The translations under genes and the position numbers were made by a program. This document shows positions 61,318-64,000 of a stretch of DNA of 64,000 bases, in pieces. Source of the stretch: Vicugna vicugna. Taxonomy: Eukaryota. The notes beneath the pieces were generated by a model. The model saw only the letters and a list, made by a program, of their open reading frames with translations, did not search any database and had not been told where the DNA came from. Location: positions 5,688,066-5,752,065 of the forward strand of contig MU058221.1 of NCBI GenBank assembly GCA_013265495.1. The letters run 5' to 3'. Position 1 is the first letter of the stretch. Every line of letters starts with the position of its first letter.

Positions 61318-64000
61318 TGGAAAGAAGCTTAAAAATATAAACTTCTGTTTCTAATGTTAACAAACATAGAAAAATGCTGAAGTTTTTAAAAAACCATAAA
61401 AACTACTGTTAATGTTTCAGTGCATCTTAGTGTTGATGTGGTTATACAATGTATCCAAGCACACGTCCTTGCTGTGTTGTGCATACTGTTTTGAATCTTA
61501 CTTTGCTCAAAACGTACTTTCCCAGGATGTAATAGGAACCACTTGATCATGTTAACTTTTCTGCAAATACTTTTGAATAACTATGCAAGACCCATAATAA
61601 CAGTGTGTGAGAATTCACTTAACCAATTCCCTTGTTGGTGTTAAGATTATATATTTTTTGCCACTAAATATAATGCAGAAATGATTATCTTGTCCACATC
61701 TCTGATTATTTACTTTGGAATAGTTAAAGTGGCATTGCTGGGTCAGAAGTTATGCATGTTTTAAGGCTTTGATACTTAAGTTCTGCCAAACTGCCCTACA
61801 GGAAAGTTGCACCTGCATCCATGTCCGCTGGCAGGGTTTGGACATTTCTGTCTCTGTTTACCTTTGCTGGCAGGAAGAGGTATATCTTAAAAAAAAAAAT
61901 CTTAATTCTGTAGGCCAAAACTTTCATTTTTAAATTGCCTTTTTTTTTCCTTTAAGACATATTAATTTTCTTTAAATTATTCCATCCTGAGTGAAGAAAA
62001 AGGCAGCCTTCTGGGGTTTTGTTTGTTTTGTTTTTAAAATATATATAAATGAGCGGTGTTCTGGGTGTAGATGAGCTTTTAGATATGATACGTCTTCTCA
62101 GAAATCTAGGCAGTTTCAGGCTCAACTGGTTCTAATTATAAAAAGAAGTGTTGACTTTAATTTCCTCCTATTCTCCTCCTGCCCTTTTGTTTTATTAAGA
62201 TTAAAGATGGCTGATCAACTACATTAAATGTACAGATATTTTAGACTCTTAATTATATCTGTGCTGGTAACTTTCGGATTCCGGCTTATTTAACGAACTA
62301 GAGTTTTTTAGATGGTGGTTTGTCCCATTCATTCCTAAGTAAATTGCAAAAGCACTGGGACGAAGTATGTGGACAGCATTTAGAGCTGTGTAACTCTTAG
62401 CCTACCTGTATATTAATATATACTCTGAATAAGTACTCAGTAAAGGTCAGCTCTAGTCTGCTTCCCTGGAGACTTCTTTGTTACACACGTAAATGTGTTA
62501 AGATGCACATGCATTTGTGAGTGCTTGCATTTGTTTTGAAGAGCACACAAAAGCGTTTTTGGGTATACGGTGAATTTGTACATACACATTGGTTACTCGT
62601 GCGGAAAGTGTTGGCAATAAATAAATGTAGGTACGTTTCCTTTTGTTTTGCTTTGTACAGACCTGTGTATTCCTATTATAAACTCAGTTTCGTGTCATTA
62701 TGGCTCTTTGTGAGGAGTGTAACTGGACTGGATGAGAGATTAGTTTTGGTTTAAGTTGCAAAGGCATTTTAGGGAGGGGGTGATTAGTTTTTTCTTTCGA
62801 ATATTATTGGAACTTTTTAAAAAACTACTATTTTGTGACTGAATAGAAATCACTGGTTTTATGACTTAGCTGTTTTCCCGTTTTTTACTTCTTTGAAGGG
62901 AAAATGCCTTTGCTTAGTATTACATAGCAGAAGCCAGTCTAGTAGAAACTAGAACCAACTCACTTCTTTGGTAAAGAGAATATCTCAATTTTAAAAGCAG
63001 AGCCTTTTTTTTCCTGATGTTTAGAGTGAAGACTGAGGCTGGCATTAGTCTCATCAAGTTTGTTTCTCATTAGATTCTGTAGTTGAGATTGGAGGGGGCA
63101 GAATTTCAATGGTAAACTCAGTGCCAGATTCTGTTTGCTGTTTCCTCCCCATTAGACTTGGCTTCCAAATTTGTTTGAGAATTACAACTCTCTAATTTTG
63201 GCTGTCAATCAAAAATGTGCATCCCTTCTTTGGACCCCTAGAAATACATTTGCATCTGTTAATGCGACTCCCAATGTCCTTCCAGTTCATTCTGCTCTCT
63301 TCTGGACAAATCCTTTTTCTCAGGCACAACTTTATGTGTGTCTCATAGACTCAAAGAGTTTCGGCAGCTGCCCAGTGATGCCAAAAACTGGGTGTTTTAT
63401 GTCTACTTCGGTGTCTCCAGCTAGATTGACATACAGATTGACAGATAAACCCAAAACTAATACATAGCTTAGAAAAATATTTCAAATGTCAAAGATGTTG
63501 ATCGAGAGTACTGGGAAAATACTCTGCTTTTTGCTCCACCTTCTTAAAGACCGAGGCCCATATTAACACTGCTTCTCATTCCAGGAGCTTGCACAGTAGT
63601 TTGTAGCTAGGATTCCAAGGAGTGCTGAATGCCTCAGGGATCCATGTGCTCATGGCTTCCTAGTGTCTGGGGCTGGTCTTCTCTTGCTGAGCATTATTCT
63701 TGAAGCAGTAGTTTTATTCAAATCTGGACAGATTATTTATTGCCTTCTGTCTGTTACCAGTTTACTTCTGTGGTGACTTGTGATTGTCTGTGTAATTAAA
63801 TCCCAAGTTAGACAGGTTCAGTAGCTTTCCCTTGGGGGCAGTATGAACAGATCTTGGTTAATGTGCAGAGCACACCTCCTCCTACCACCACCCTCCCCCG
63901 CACCATGTCTTTTGGGGGAAAACTTGGAAATTAAAAAAAATCTTTCTACGGATGTTGCCTACAAGTAGCAATTGGCTGTAATTAGCCATGGAGATTATAG

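Overview
This is mammalian genomic DNA, most likely a camelid (alpaca/camel lineage), judging from Vic-1-like tRNA-derived SINEs and cetartiodactyl-type L1 3' ends. The right half holds the 5' part of KDM3A (JMJD1A, an H3K9me1/2 demethylase) on the + strand: a CpG-island promoter at about 34.4-36.3 kb, a non-coding first exon and ten coding exons (35791-61117). The coding exons splice by GT-AG junctions into one open frame of 1727 nt (575 codons + 2 nt), and the gene continues beyond the window. The left 34 kb is intergenic and rich in repeats (L1, L2, MIR, MLT1/MER21 LTRs, hAT and Tigger elements), with an orphan CpG island at about 16 kb and a 127-N assembly gap. I found no supportable new multi-gene system. 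The most unusual signals are structural: a minisatellite built from an L1 tail plus its target-site duplication (TSD); a 1.09-kb non-repeat insert with a 12-bp TSD inside a MER58 element, carrying a near-perfect 82-nt hairpin; an inverted L1 duplication sharing a private deletion and showing strong GC-biased divergence; reused L1 target sites; a GC3/CpG-anomalous exon 11; and a G-quadruplex motif over a candidate first-exon donor. Repeat family names and ortholog comparisons come from memory of consensus sequences and were not checked against a database.
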